NCBI GenBank assembly: GCA_964566535.1
Contig: CAZMIO010000005.1
Coordinates: 3,271 to 67,270, forward strand
Length of the DNA stretch: 64,000 nucleotides
Origin: an uncultured Methanosarcinales archaeon
Lineage (GTDB): Archaea > Nanobdellota > Nanobdellia > Woesearchaeales > CAZOXR01
Direction of reading: 5' to 3'
Under the pieces are notes generated by a model. It was not told where the DNA came from and did no database searches. It saw nothing but the letters and a program-made list of their open reading frames with translations. Of this stretch, positions 40,096 to 49,704 are shown piece after piece. Position 1 is the stretch's first letter, and each line of letters begins with the position of its first letter. The position numbers and the translations under genes are program-made.

Positions 40096-42358
40096 AGAGC
40101 ATTATCTGTATATCTCTATTATTGTTATAGTGGCTATCTTTTTGGTTAGAGAAGGTATTGGATTTTACAATGTGATGTATCCTGGTGATGCGTTAAGCCA
40201 ATTCTTATCAAATGAGATTGTGATTAAGGAATCTTTTCTTCAAGGTGCTGTGCCATTATGGGATCCATTCATTATGAGTGGGACTCCCTTATTAGCTAAG
40301 GCTCAGTCTACTGTTTTTTCAGTTTATAGTTTGATTATGATATTGTTGCCGACACCATATTTAGCAACTACATTTAATTCGTTTTTACATGTTGTGTTAT
40401 TAGGGTTGGGAGTTTATTGGTTAGGTTTGCTTAGTGGTTTGGAAAAAAAGTTTGCGATATTGCCTTCTTTGGTTGTTTTGTTGAGTGCTTATGTTGCTGT
40501 TGAGGTGTTTTTTGGTATATTCCAACTGATGGGGATTACTTACTTTGTTTATTTGTTGATTTTTGTCATTAAAGGTCTTCGTAAGAGGAACTTTATTGAG
40601 TATGCCCTTTTGAGTAGTGTGTTTTCTTCTATGATGTTCTTTTCAGGGGCGTTTGAGATGTTTACTTTCTCTTTTTGGGTTGTACTTTATGTGCTGGTGT
40701 TTAATCTGTTTGGTAAGGGGTTTAATAAACGGTTGTTGAAGTCATTCTTATTTGGAGTTGTGTTTCTTTTAGTTGCTGTTGGGCTGGTGTTTGTTAAATT
40801 ATTGCCTGCTTTGGAGCTTGCTGAAATGAGTCAAAGGCAGGGAGCAACGTTTGATTTTGAAAGGTCTATTGGAAGTCATTTGAATATTAAGAATTCGTTT
40901 AATATGATTGTTGATGATAGGGCGTTGCCTAACTTGTTTAGTCATTCTGTTAAGGGAACTGATAGTTTGTCTATTGGTATTATTGCTTTTTTGCTGGTGT
41001 TAGTTAGTTTTGGGAATTTTAAGAAGAAGAAATATTTGTTTTATTTGCTTATGGGGGTTCTTGGGTTGTTGATGATAACTAGATCTCCTTGGAACTGGAT
41101 CTTGTGGAAATATTTTCCGTTCTTTAGTAAGCAGAAGCATGTTATGAAGGCGAAATTTGTATTTTTGATTGTTAGTGCTATCCTTTCAGGGTTTGGGTTT
41201 AGGTTTTTGGTTTTGAAATTTAAGAAGTTTGAGAAATTAGTTTATGGTGGTGTTATTTTGTTGTTAGTTGTTGGTTCGTGGGGATTTACGTATGATATGG
41301 AGATTAAAGACTCTCGTCCTGAGATTGAAGGTAATTTGGTTATGAAGTTTATGAGTTCGGATACCGATATGTTTAGGTTTAAGGCTTACGAAACAAATGG
41401 GATTGATTGGGGGACTAATTATTACTCTAAGTTTTATGGGTTGTCTGATGTTTATGGTTATGAGAACCTATGGTTGATTGATTATATGCCGATGTTTTTG
41501 AGTGTTGCTAATCAGGATATGTCAAAGATGTTTGGAATCTTGAATATGAAGTACATGACTTCTATGAATGAGTTGAACATCTCTGGTTTTGAATTGGCCC
41601 AGAAGTTTGACGATCTGGAGTGTGAGTATGTTGAGGGGGAGATAAAGGATTTTAAAGGAATGCCTTCGTGTCCTGGTTATGATGTGCTTTTGAAGGCGTG
41701 GGGCCCATACTTGTATGAGAATACTGAGTTTTTGCCTCGTGCATATCTTGTTAAGGATTCTGTTTTGGTTTTAGGTGAAGGGGGTTTGCAGTTGGTTTAT
41801 GGTTTGATGTTGGATTCCCGATTTGATCCTTTTAAGTCTGTGATTATTTCTGGTAAGAATAGTATTAATGATTATTCTTTTGATGACATTAAGAAGTATA
41901 GTGCTGTTTTCTTGGCTCCAGGTTCTATCGATGAGAATAGTGGCGGATTGTTGAAGTGGTATGTTGATAATGGTGGGTTGTTGTTTCCAAATGTTATTCT
42001 GGGTCAGAGTAGTGTTCTAGATTCTGATGTTACTAAGATGTTTGATGGTTTTAGTGAGGGTGTTTTGGTTTCGTATGTTCAAGATAATTTCAATAAGTAT
42101 TCTGCTGAAGTTGAAGGTCCTGGTTGGTTGGTTGTTAGTGAGAAGTTTTCTATGTTTCCTGGTTGGGAGACTAATGTTGGGGAGATTTTCCGGGCTGATG
42201 GGATTATAAGTACGGTTTATGTTGAGCATGCTGGAGAGGTTGTTTTTGATTATAAGCCTGAGTCCTTTGTTTTAGGTAGGAATGTTAGTGTTGGGGTTTT
42301 AGTATTAATTTTATCCTATTTTGGATTCTTATTTTACAGGAGGAAAAATGAAACCTAA
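40076..42358 (+). CDS. YfhO-family GT-C membrane glycosyltransferase-like protein, copy 2
   Basis: PLWDPFIMSGTP, ETNGIDWGT shared with copy 1, FLPRAY, VVSEKFSMFPGW, DYKP; probable start 40076. Confidence 0.85.
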   Translation: MMSGRLKEHYLYISIIVIVAIFLVREGIGFYNVMYPGDALSQFLSNEIVIKESFLQGAVPLWDPFIMSGTPLLAKAQSTVFSVYSLIMILLPTPYLATTFNSFLHVVLLGLGVYWLGLLSGLEKKFAILPSLVVLLSAYVAVEVFFGIFQLMGITYFVYLLIFVIKGLRKRNFIEYALLSSVFSSMMFFSGAFEMFTFSFWVVLYVLVFNLFGKGFNKRLLKSFLFGVVFLLVAVGLVFVKLLPALELAEMSQRQGATFDFERSIGSHLNIKNSFNMIVDDRALPNLFSHSVKGTDSLSIGIIAFLLVLVSFGNFKKKKYLFYLLMGVLGLLMITRSPWNWILWKYFPFFSKQKHVMKAKFVFLIVSAILSGFGFRFLVLKFKKFEKLVYGGVILLLVVGSWGFTYDMEIKDSRPEIEGNLVMKFMSSDTDMFRFKAYETNGIDWGTNYYSKFYGLSDVYGYENLWLIDYMPMFLSVANQDMSKMFGILNMKYMTSMNELNISGFELAQKFDDLECEYVEGEIKDFKGMPSCPGYDVLLKAWGPYLYENTEFLPRAYLVKDSVLVLGEGGLQLVYGLMLDSRFDPFKSVIISGKNSINDYSFDDIKKYSAVFLAPGSIDENSGGLLKWYVDNGGLLFPNVILGQSSVLDSDVTKMFDGFSEGVLVSYVQDNFNKYSAEVEGPGWLVVSEKFSMFPGWETNVGEIFRADGIISTVYVEHAGEVVFDYKPESFVLGRNVSVGVLVLILSYFGFLFYRRKNET

Positions 42359-43058
42359 TGTTAGTATGTTTTTTCCTGCTTATAATGAGAGGGAGAATAT
42401 TGTTAAGTTGGTTAGTGATGCTAAGAGGGTGCTTTCTGAGGTTGCCAATGATTATGAGGTGATTGTTGTTGTGTATGAGGGTTCTACTGATGGGACTATT
42501 GATGTGGTTAGGAGTCTTGAGGATTCTCATGTTAAGTTAGTTATTCAGCCGCTTTCTAAGAAAGGTGTTGGTTATGCGAACATCATGGGTTTTGATGTTG
42601 CTAAGTATGAATATGTTTTTTATGCTGATTCTGATAATCAGTTTGATCTTCAAGAGTTTAAGAAGTTTTTGCCTTTCCTTAACTATGATATTGTTGCTGG
42701 GTATAGGATTGATAGGAAGGATCCATTCTTACGGATATTTACTTCTAAGGTTTATAACTTTATAGTTAAGTTGGTGTTTGGTGCAAAGGAACGGGATGTT
42801 GATTGTGCTTTTAGGTTGGTTAATAGGCGTGTTTTTTCTAAGGTTAGGCTTAATTGTAGGCTTGGTTTGGGGACTACTGAATTGCTTGTTAAGGCTAGGC
42901 GTGCTGGTTTTAGGATTAAGGAGGTTGGAGTTCATCACTATGCTCGGTTGAAGGGTAGTTCTGTATTTGAGTCTGAAGGTATTAATTTACCTAAACCAAA
43001 AGTAGTATTTGATCTTATAAAAGAGATGAAGGTGCTTTGGAAGGATTTGAAAAGGTAA
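42348..43058 (+). CDS. GT2 glycosyltransferase
   Basis: FFPAYNE, EGSTD, KGVGYA, ADSDNQFD, DVDCAFRL; AGGAGG SD upstream. Confidence 0.92.
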   Translation: MKPNVSMFFPAYNERENIVKLVSDAKRVLSEVANDYEVIVVVYEGSTDGTIDVVRSLEDSHVKLVIQPLSKKGVGYANIMGFDVAKYEYVFYADSDNQFDLQEFKKFLPFLNYDIVAGYRIDRKDPFLRIFTSKVYNFIVKLVFGAKERDVDCAFRLVNRRVFSKVRLNCRLGLGTTELLVKARRAGFRIKEVGVHHYARLKGSSVFESEGINLPKPKVVFDLIKEMKVLWKDLKR

Positions 43059-43059
43059 A

Positions 43060-43420
43060 TTAAATAAAAAATAAATAAATGAAAAAAAGGGAATTTAATA
43101 AAAAATAAATAACGAAAAAAACTAATCAATGAATAAAAATAAATTAAAAGAAAAATAAGAAAATGTTGCCAATGAAAAATTCTCAGTAAATGAAGTTAAT
43201 TAAATAATAACGAAAAATAAAAATACTGCCAATGGAAAAGAAAATCCAATAAATGAAAATGGATTAATAAAGACGGGATAATGTTAGCAATTTCAATCGA
43301 AGTTATGGTGCAGTGAAATTGCAAATATTATCCTGTTTTATTTAAAAATAAAAAAAGTTTAACTATTGGTTTAAAAAATTAAATCGTATTGGGAGAATAA
43401 AAAGAATAAGTGTGAGAAGA
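43060..43420. repeat. A-rich non-coding tract with degenerate ~60-nt repeats
   Basis: aataacgaaaaa x2, tgccaatg x2 (60 nt apart), taaatgaa x3; no ORF found in any frame I checked. Confidence 0.55.
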
Positions 43421-43422
43421 TT

Positions 43423-43818
43423 CTACCTTGGCTCAGCAGGAGGGTTTGTTCTCTGATAGTCCCTGACTAGATCGGATATTTCGCCATCTTTTAACGCTCT
43501 AATTCTATGAAGCTCTCCATGAACAGGTTCATATGCTCTTACATCAGGTCCTGAATAGAAAGATGCTCCTTTTCCTAATGCATAATACATATCTTCTTGA
43601 TCAGCCGATTCAATAGAACCGAAGGGAGTACCAGATTCCTCACCTCTTACCCTCATTACAACGGTTTCTTCACAAACATTATCCAGTTCAGGATCATCAT
43701 TAAGAGTAGTTGTTTGAAGAGCATAAATAATTGGTAGGGCCTGTCTCGTAGTTCCCATTAATGCTAATTTTCTTAGACGTAATTCCCTTTCAACTATGGC
43801 ATTATTTGGTTTGCCCAT
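43423..43818 (-). CDS. Hypothetical (orphan) protein
   Basis: 131-aa ORF, GGGG SD-like run and TATA upstream, Arg/Glu/Asp-rich. Confidence 0.7.
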   Translation of the reverse strand: MGKPNNAIVERELRLRKLALMGTTRQALPIIYALQTTTLNDDPELDNVCEETVVMRVRGEESGTPFGSIESADQEDMYYALGKGASFYSGPDVRAYEPVHGELHRIRALKDGEISDLVRDYQRTNPPAEPR

Positions 43819-44000
43819 TATTATCCCCCTGTAAAATTTATTACTATCCTATTTAGGGGGAATGCCCCTCCCCATATAAATATTATGTTATCGTGTTATT
43901 ATTTGATGACCAATTTGTAATAGGGGAAATAACCAATAAAATAACTAATTTTATAAAATGTGAATAATTCTCTTCTTCTTAATTAAAAAAGGTGTTTTAG

Positions 44001-45449
44001 ATGAAGGCAGAAGGAAGTTATGAATCTATGTTTGGGGAGAAGGAATTAAGAGAGGTAGATTATTTTATGCCTCAGATCATGCCTATGAGTTTGAATGAGA
44101 AACTTGTTAAGGAAGTTATGGAGAAAGGGGCTAGGGAGAAGAAATGGGTTTTGGCTTTTGTTATTGGAACTAAGCCTTGTTTTTACAAGTTCTATGGGTC
44201 TGTTGTTGAGGCGGAAAAGGCAGGGCTTCCTAATTTTGTTATTAATTCTAATCAACATTATGATGATATACTTACTTTTGGTCTTGAAGAGTTTGATTTT
44301 AAGAAGAAGATTGGAGCTAATTTGGCTATAAGGGGAGATCTTGCTCAGAAGTCTGCTGAGCTTATGATTAAGATTAGTTGGATGGCTAGGTATCTTAAGA
44401 AGCATTGGCCTGATGTTACTGTTGTTCCTGTTGTGCTTGGTGATACGATACTTACTTCCATGGTTCCTGCTGCTTGGATGTTTTCTAGGAACGAGATGGC
44501 TATACAGAATGAGGCTGGTTTACGGTCTATGAGTCCTTCGATAATGAAGGAAGTTGGTAAGGTTTCTATTCCGGAGTTTATAGATAAGCAATTTAATGGT
44601 AAATGGGAGTTACTTCGTAATGAGCCGTTTCCGGAGCAGTGGGACACTTTTGTTTCAGCTGCTGGGTCTGAGTTTCTATTTGCTCCTTTGGAGCTGAATA
44701 AGGAGCATTTGATACGTGAAGGGCATTCTGCTGATGATATATGGGTTACTGGCGGAGTTGTTATTGATGCACTTAAATTGAAGAAGAAGGAGAAGCCAGC
44801 TAAGAGTATATTTGAGATATATCCTCAGTTGGAGAAAGGTGAATGGTTAAGGGTTGATATTCATCGTAGAGGTAATTTGACTCCTACTCGGTTTAAGGCT
44901 ATAATTGGTGGTGTTAAGTCGCTTGTTGATGCTGGTTTTAATGTTAATTTTATTGAGATGAGTGCAACTCGGTTTGCGCTTGACAATTATAAGTTAAGAG
45001 GGGAGATTGAGAAGTTAAATGGTTCTAAGAACTTTTTATTTACTAAAGTTTGGCCTGAGTATGCAAATGTTCTTGAATTTTATAATTCTGAACATTGTTT
45101 TGCTGCTTTTACTGATTCGGGAGGGGTGCAGGAAGAGATGAATGAGCTTGGTAAGTTATGTTTGACTTGTAGATTTAATACTGACAGGCCTGAGACTGTG
45201 AATAATGCTAGGACTAATTTACTTGTTCCTCCTGTGAGTAAGGAATTTATTTTAGATATGGTGAAGCATGTTTATAAGGATGTTGAGTTGCAGAAACAGA
45301 TGAAGAGTGGTCCTAAATTGTATGGAGATGATGTTGGGAAGAAGTTTATTTCTACTGTGGCTTCGATAATGGGTAAGCGGAAACCTTTCAAATGGGCTCA
45401 TGAGGCTATAGGATTATGGAATGATGAGGAGTCTAGTGACTATTTATGA
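44001..45449 (+). CDS. Divergent UDP-GlcNAc 2-epimerase-like protein
   Basis: IGTKP, NQHYD, VLGDT, NEAGLRS, HRRGN, TDSGGVQEE, TDRPETV. Confidence 0.85.
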   Translation: MKAEGSYESMFGEKELREVDYFMPQIMPMSLNEKLVKEVMEKGAREKKWVLAFVIGTKPCFYKFYGSVVEAEKAGLPNFVINSNQHYDDILTFGLEEFDFKKKIGANLAIRGDLAQKSAELMIKISWMARYLKKHWPDVTVVPVVLGDTILTSMVPAAWMFSRNEMAIQNEAGLRSMSPSIMKEVGKVSIPEFIDKQFNGKWELLRNEPFPEQWDTFVSAAGSEFLFAPLELNKEHLIREGHSADDIWVTGGVVIDALKLKKKEKPAKSIFEIYPQLEKGEWLRVDIHRRGNLTPTRFKAIIGGVKSLVDAGFNVNFIEMSATRFALDNYKLRGEIEKLNGSKNFLFTKVWPEYANVLEFYNSEHCFAAFTDSGGVQEEMNELGKLCLTCRFNTDRPETVNNARTNLLVPPVSKEFILDMVKHVYKDVELQKQMKSGPKLYGDDVGKKFISTVASIMGKRKPFKWAHEAIGLWNDEESSDYL

Positions 45450-46138
45450 AAACTGTAATATTATGTGGAGGGGAAGGTACTCGTCTTAAGGAGTTGACAG
45501 AAGGTATTCCTAAGCCGCTTGTTGAGATTGGTGGTAAGCCGATATTATGGCATATAATGAAGATTTATTCTTCTTTTGGTTTTAATGATTTTGTTCTTTG
45601 TTTGGGTTATAAGGGTGAGATGATTGAGGATTATTTTAAGAATAATAAAGAAGATTGGAAGATAGAGTTTGTTGATACTGGTGCTAAGACTAATACTGGT
45701 GGAAGGATTAAGAAAGTTGAGGAATATGTTTCTGGAAGGTTTTTGGCAACTTATGGGGATGGGTTGGCCGATATTGATCTTAAAGGGTTGGTTGATTTTC
45801 ATGATGGTAAAAAAAAGATTGCAACAATGACTTGTGTTAATCCATTATCTCAGTTTGGGGTTTTGGATATTAGCGACGATTTGGTTATGGGTTTTAGGGA
45901 GAAGCCTCCACTTAACCAATGGATAAATGGTGGGTTTTTTGTTTTTGAGCCGAAAATATTTGAGTATCTTACTGATGATTGTGTTTTGGAGAAGGAACCT
46001 TTTGAGAAGTTGGCTATTGATAAACAGATGGCTGCTTATAAGTTTGAGAAATATTGGGATTGTATGGATACGTTTAAAGATATGCAGACTATGAATAAGT
46101 TGTGGAAGGATGGGAGTGCGCCTTGGAAGAGGTGGTGA
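45446..46138 (+). CDS. rfbF: Glucose-1-phosphate cytidylyltransferase
   Basis: ILCGGEGTRL.E.T..IPKP, TGGRIK, TYGDG, WINGGFFV, WDCMDT. Confidence 0.88.
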   Translation: MKTVILCGGEGTRLKELTEGIPKPLVEIGGKPILWHIMKIYSSFGFNDFVLCLGYKGEMIEDYFKNNKEDWKIEFVDTGAKTNTGGRIKKVEEYVSGRFLATYGDGLADIDLKGLVDFHDGKKKIATMTCVNPLSQFGVLDISDDLVMGFREKPPLNQWINGGFFVFEPKIFEYLTDDCVLEKEPFEKLAIDKQMAAYKFEKYWDCMDTFKDMQTMNKLWKDGSAPWKRW

Positions 46139-46288
46139 GTTGGGATTGTAGTACTATCAGAGCAACCACTTACTTTTTTAGAAGAAGATCATGGAATAAC
46201 TGTAGAAAGGCAATATGATGTTTATTTATCAAAACCTACTAATCGTAAGGAAATAAGAACGTCTGTTGCTGAAGTTTTGCAGAGGTAA
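46139..46288 (+). pseudogene. Start-less 49-codon fragment resembling the C-terminal half of a receiver (REC) domain
   Basis: VGIVVLSEQ...YDVYLSKPTNRKEIRTSVAEVLQR*, in frame directly after the rfbF TGA. Confidence 0.45.
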
Positions 46289-46386
46289 TTTTATTTTTTT
46301 ATTTCTTTATGTAAATGGATTGAAGATTGCAAATAAAACCCCCACATAACAACATTTAAAAGTATCATCCAATAATAATTAAACTT

Positions 46387-49095
46387 ATGGTTCAAAACAA
46401 GTTCTCTCGATTCGGAATAGGCATAATAGTTCTGATAATCGTTTCGTTAACAACCATAGTAAAGTTATACACTGACTATCTATGGTTTGACTCATTAGGG
46501 TTTTCTGAGATCTTTTTGATAGGTTTTTTCTCTCAGATTAAATTGTTTTTTGCCTCGGCTTTGTTTTTATTCTTATTTGCGTCATTAAATCTTTGGTTAT
46601 CTACTAAGTTGAGTGATGCGAAGAATAAGTATATCAAACTTAAACTGTTGGTGATAGCAGGATTATCATTTGTGGCAGGAGTACTTGTTTCTGAAGGATG
46701 GTTTGAAGTATTGCAGTATCTCAAACAAACTCCATTTTCAATAATAGACCCCATTTTTATGAAAGATGTGTCTTTCTATGTCTTTTCACTGCCTTTCTAC
46801 TCATTAGCATTGACTTTTTTGATGAGCACTGTTATCATAACTACAATTTTAGTTCTATTGGATTACGTGCAGTCTTCTACAAACGTAAAAAAAATTAACC
46901 CAGAAAAGCAGGATCCTTTGATACGCAGTACACCTACTCTTGATTTTAAGGCTATATTGTCAAAACCTAAAGCAATTGCCCATTTAGGGATTTTAGGTTC
47001 TTTCATTTTTGTTTTATTGGCAGGAATGCATTATCTTTCAAGATTCTCAATAATGTATTCAGAGCAGGGGATTGTTGTAGGAGCTGGTTATTCTGATGTT
47101 GTTGTGTTCTTACCTATGGTTAAGATTCTGATGGTTTTGGCTGCTGTTGTTGCAGCAGTACTACTAATATGGGTATTTTTCATTTCAAAACAGCCCAAAT
47201 TAAAAAAACGACATATTCTATCATATGTAATAATTGTATATCTTTTATTTGGTTTTGTGGGGCCCACTGTAATTCCTGGAGTTGTGCAATATCTAAAGGT
47301 GTCACCTAATGAAATCACCCTTGAAAAGCCTTATATTGAAAATAATATAAAATTCACAAGGTTGGCTTATGGTCTGTCAGATGTTGAAGAAAAGGATTTT
47401 TCTGTTGATATGGAACTTACTCCTGAGGTTTTAGAGCAAGCTGGACAGACTATTGATAATGTCAGGATATTGGACTGGAGACCGTTGACTAAGACATACA
47501 AACAAACTCAGGAAATAAGGCTATATTATGACCTTTCTGGTATTGATATAGACAGATATTATATTGATGGGAAATATACTCAGGTAATGCTTGCTCCAAG
47601 AGAGCTAAACCAAAACCAGATAACTGAGAATGCAAAAACATGGGTAAATCTGCATATGGTCTATACTCATGGTCTGGGAGTTGTAATGAGTCCTGTTAAT
47701 AAAGTTACAAAACAAGGTTTGCCTGATTACTATATCCAGGATATTCCACCAACATATACAGTTGATGAAGAAAACTTAAAGATTTCAAGGCCACAAGTAT
47801 ACTATGGAGAAAAAGATAATGATTTTGTTTTAGTAAACACTAAAACAAAGGAGTTTGATTACCCCAAAGGCAATACTAATGAATATATCAATTATGATGG
47901 TAAAGGTGGAGTAAAACTTGATTCTTTCTTAAAGAAATTATTAATGGCTATAAGGTTTGGAGATGTTAAGATCTTATTATCTTCGGACATTACACCTGAA
48001 AGTAAAGTAATGTTTGCAAGAAATATAGTTGATAGGATATCAAAACTAACACCTTTTTTCATGTTAGATGAGGATCCTTACTTAGTGATTGATAATGGAA
48101 GGCTGTTATGGATAGTGGATGCATATACAGTTTCAGGAAATTTTCCTTATTCTGATAAGGTTGGACGAATAAATTATATAAGGAATTCTCTAAAGATTGT
48201 TGTTGATGCTTATGATGGAAGTGTGAGTTATTATGTTATGGACACAGCTGATCCAATAATTTCAACTTATGCTAATATATTCCCTCAACAGTTCAATAGG
48301 TTTGAAAATATGCCAGAGGGATTGAAGGAGCATATTAGATATCCAGCTGACTTGTTTAAGATTCAATCTCATATCTATAGTACTTATCATATGGATGATA
48401 TTAAGGTATTCTATAACAAAGAAGATGCATGGCAGATTCCAAACGAAGTTTATGGTGTTGGTCAGAAGGTTAAGGTAGATCCATATTACATAATAATAAA
48501 ACTTCCTGGAGAAGAGAAAGAAGAATTTGTATTGATGACTTCATTTTCACCGATAAAGAAAGATAATATGATAGCGTGGATGGCTGCACGCTCTGATGGG
48601 GACAATTATGGTAAGTTGATATTATACAAATTCCCTAAAGATAGATTAATTTATGGTCCTCTTCAGATTGAAGCTAAGATTGATCAGGATTCTGAGATTT
48701 CACAACAACTTACCCTTTGGAGTCAGCAAGGTTCTAGAGTGACTAGGGGTAATTTATTGGTGATACCAATAAAGGATAGTATTTTGTATATTGAGCCGCT
48801 TTATATCCAAGCAGAGACTGGTCAGCTTCCTGAGTTGAAGAGGGTTTTGGTATCTGATGGTGAGAGAGTTGTGATGGAAGAGGATTTAGCTAAGGCTTTG
48901 GAAGTTTTGTTTGGGAAATCTAAGAGGGAAGTTGTTGTTGAGGAAGAAGGGGAGAAAACATCAACTGAGCTGATAAAAGAAGCGCAGGATTATTATGATA
49001 TGATTGGAGATTCTATGAAAGAAGGAGACTGGGTTGGTTTTGGAGATAGTCTTGATAGGTTAGGAAATGTTCTTGAGATTTTGGGTGAGGAGTAG
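46387..49095 (+). CDS. UPF0182 family membrane protein
   Basis: YTDYLWFDSLGF, DPIF.KD..FY.F.LP, E.PYI..NI..TR.AY.L, DIDRY, YTHG.G, RIYY-like QVYYGE, YIRNSLK..VDAYDG. Confidence 0.93.
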   Translation: MVQNKFSRFGIGIIVLIIVSLTTIVKLYTDYLWFDSLGFSEIFLIGFFSQIKLFFASALFLFLFASLNLWLSTKLSDAKNKYIKLKLLVIAGLSFVAGVLVSEGWFEVLQYLKQTPFSIIDPIFMKDVSFYVFSLPFYSLALTFLMSTVIITTILVLLDYVQSSTNVKKINPEKQDPLIRSTPTLDFKAILSKPKAIAHLGILGSFIFVLLAGMHYLSRFSIMYSEQGIVVGAGYSDVVVFLPMVKILMVLAAVVAAVLLIWVFFISKQPKLKKRHILSYVIIVYLLFGFVGPTVIPGVVQYLKVSPNEITLEKPYIENNIKFTRLAYGLSDVEEKDFSVDMELTPEVLEQAGQTIDNVRILDWRPLTKTYKQTQEIRLYYDLSGIDIDRYYIDGKYTQVMLAPRELNQNQITENAKTWVNLHMVYTHGLGVVMSPVNKVTKQGLPDYYIQDIPPTYTVDEENLKISRPQVYYGEKDNDFVLVNTKTKEFDYPKGNTNEYINYDGKGGVKLDSFLKKLLMAIRFGDVKILLSSDITPESKVMFARNIVDRISKLTPFFMLDEDPYLVIDNGRLLWIVDAYTVSGNFPYSDKVGRINYIRNSLKIVVDAYDGSVSYYVMDTADPIISTYANIFPQQFNRFENMPEGLKEHIRYPADLFKIQSHIYSTYHMDDIKVFYNKEDAWQIPNEVYGVGQKVKVDPYYIIIKLPGEEKEEFVLMTSFSPIKKDNMIAWMAARSDGDNYGKLILYKFPKDRLIYGPLQIEAKIDQDSEISQQLTLWSQQGSRVTRGNLLVIPIKDSILYIEPLYIQAETGQLPELKRVLVSDGERVVMEEDLAKALEVLFGKSKREVVVEEEGEKTSTELIKEAQDYYDMIGDSMKEGDWVGFGDSLDRLGNVLEILGEE

Positions 49096-49188
49096 AGATG
49101 AGACTCTTGACCAACTAGAAGTGATAATTAATCGAGGTTCTGTTCCTGGAAGAGATTGATTTCTTTATGTGAATGTATTGTAAATAGA

Positions 49189-49590
49189 TTAAAGAAGACG
49201 AATAACCTTGGCCCTACTCTCTCGGTCATAGTCACCGAACATTTGTTCTCTGTATGTGAGATATGGTTCTGTTTCTGTTCCGTAGGTGTCTGGGAGGTGA
49301 GGGTTTGAATATACTTCTTCGCCACCTACTGTCATAGATCTTATTCCCGATCTTGAATGAAGAAAATTAAGGGTTCTTTCTCCCCCTCCTTCTTGTACTG
49401 GCTCTCCTTGACTATGTGTCCTAGTGTCTGAATTAAATCTTACATGGCTGAATGCGTCTACTTCAGTTAAAGTTCCTTCGAATGTTTGTACATCGCCATG
49501 TCTTACAGAAGTGATTGTAGCTTCTCTTCCTACAAGGGCATCTAATTCAACTTTTTTTGCTGCTGGGTCTTGAATAACGGGTTCTGCCAT
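49189..49590 (-). CDS. Hypothetical (orphan) protein
   Basis: 133-aa ORF with TATA ~25 nt upstream. Confidence 0.7.
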   Translation of the reverse strand: MAEPVIQDPAAKKVELDALVGREATITSVRHGDVQTFEGTLTEVDAFSHVRFNSDTRTHSQGEPVQEGGGERTLNFLHSRSGIRSMTVGGEEVYSNPHLPDTYGTETEPYLTYREQMFGDYDRESRAKVIRLL

Positions 49591-49704
49591 GATAATTAGA
49601 GGAATGATAAGAACTATAAAAAGTTTGTGTGGAAATAAAACTATTCACTTATATGTTATATAGAAAGGTATATATAGGTGGAAGGTCATTATACACAATA
49701 TAAA

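Noticed and set aside
43060-43420. Replication origin or DNA-unwinding element
   Set aside because: G>C skew keeps the same sign on both sides, there is no adjacent cdc6/orc1 gene, and no ORB-like G-string repeats are evident
46136-46138. UGA read-through (selenocysteine or recoding) fusing rfbF to the downstream in-frame 49 codons
   Set aside because: RfbF is complete at ...APWKRW, a typical family end; TGA is used as a normal stop elsewhere in the window; no SECIS-like hairpin seen
49097-49325. Short peptide DETLDQLEVIINRGSVPGRD after UPF0182 and ORF 49128-49325
   Set aside because: Too short and without recognisable motifs; the ORF overlaps a better-supported gene in another frame
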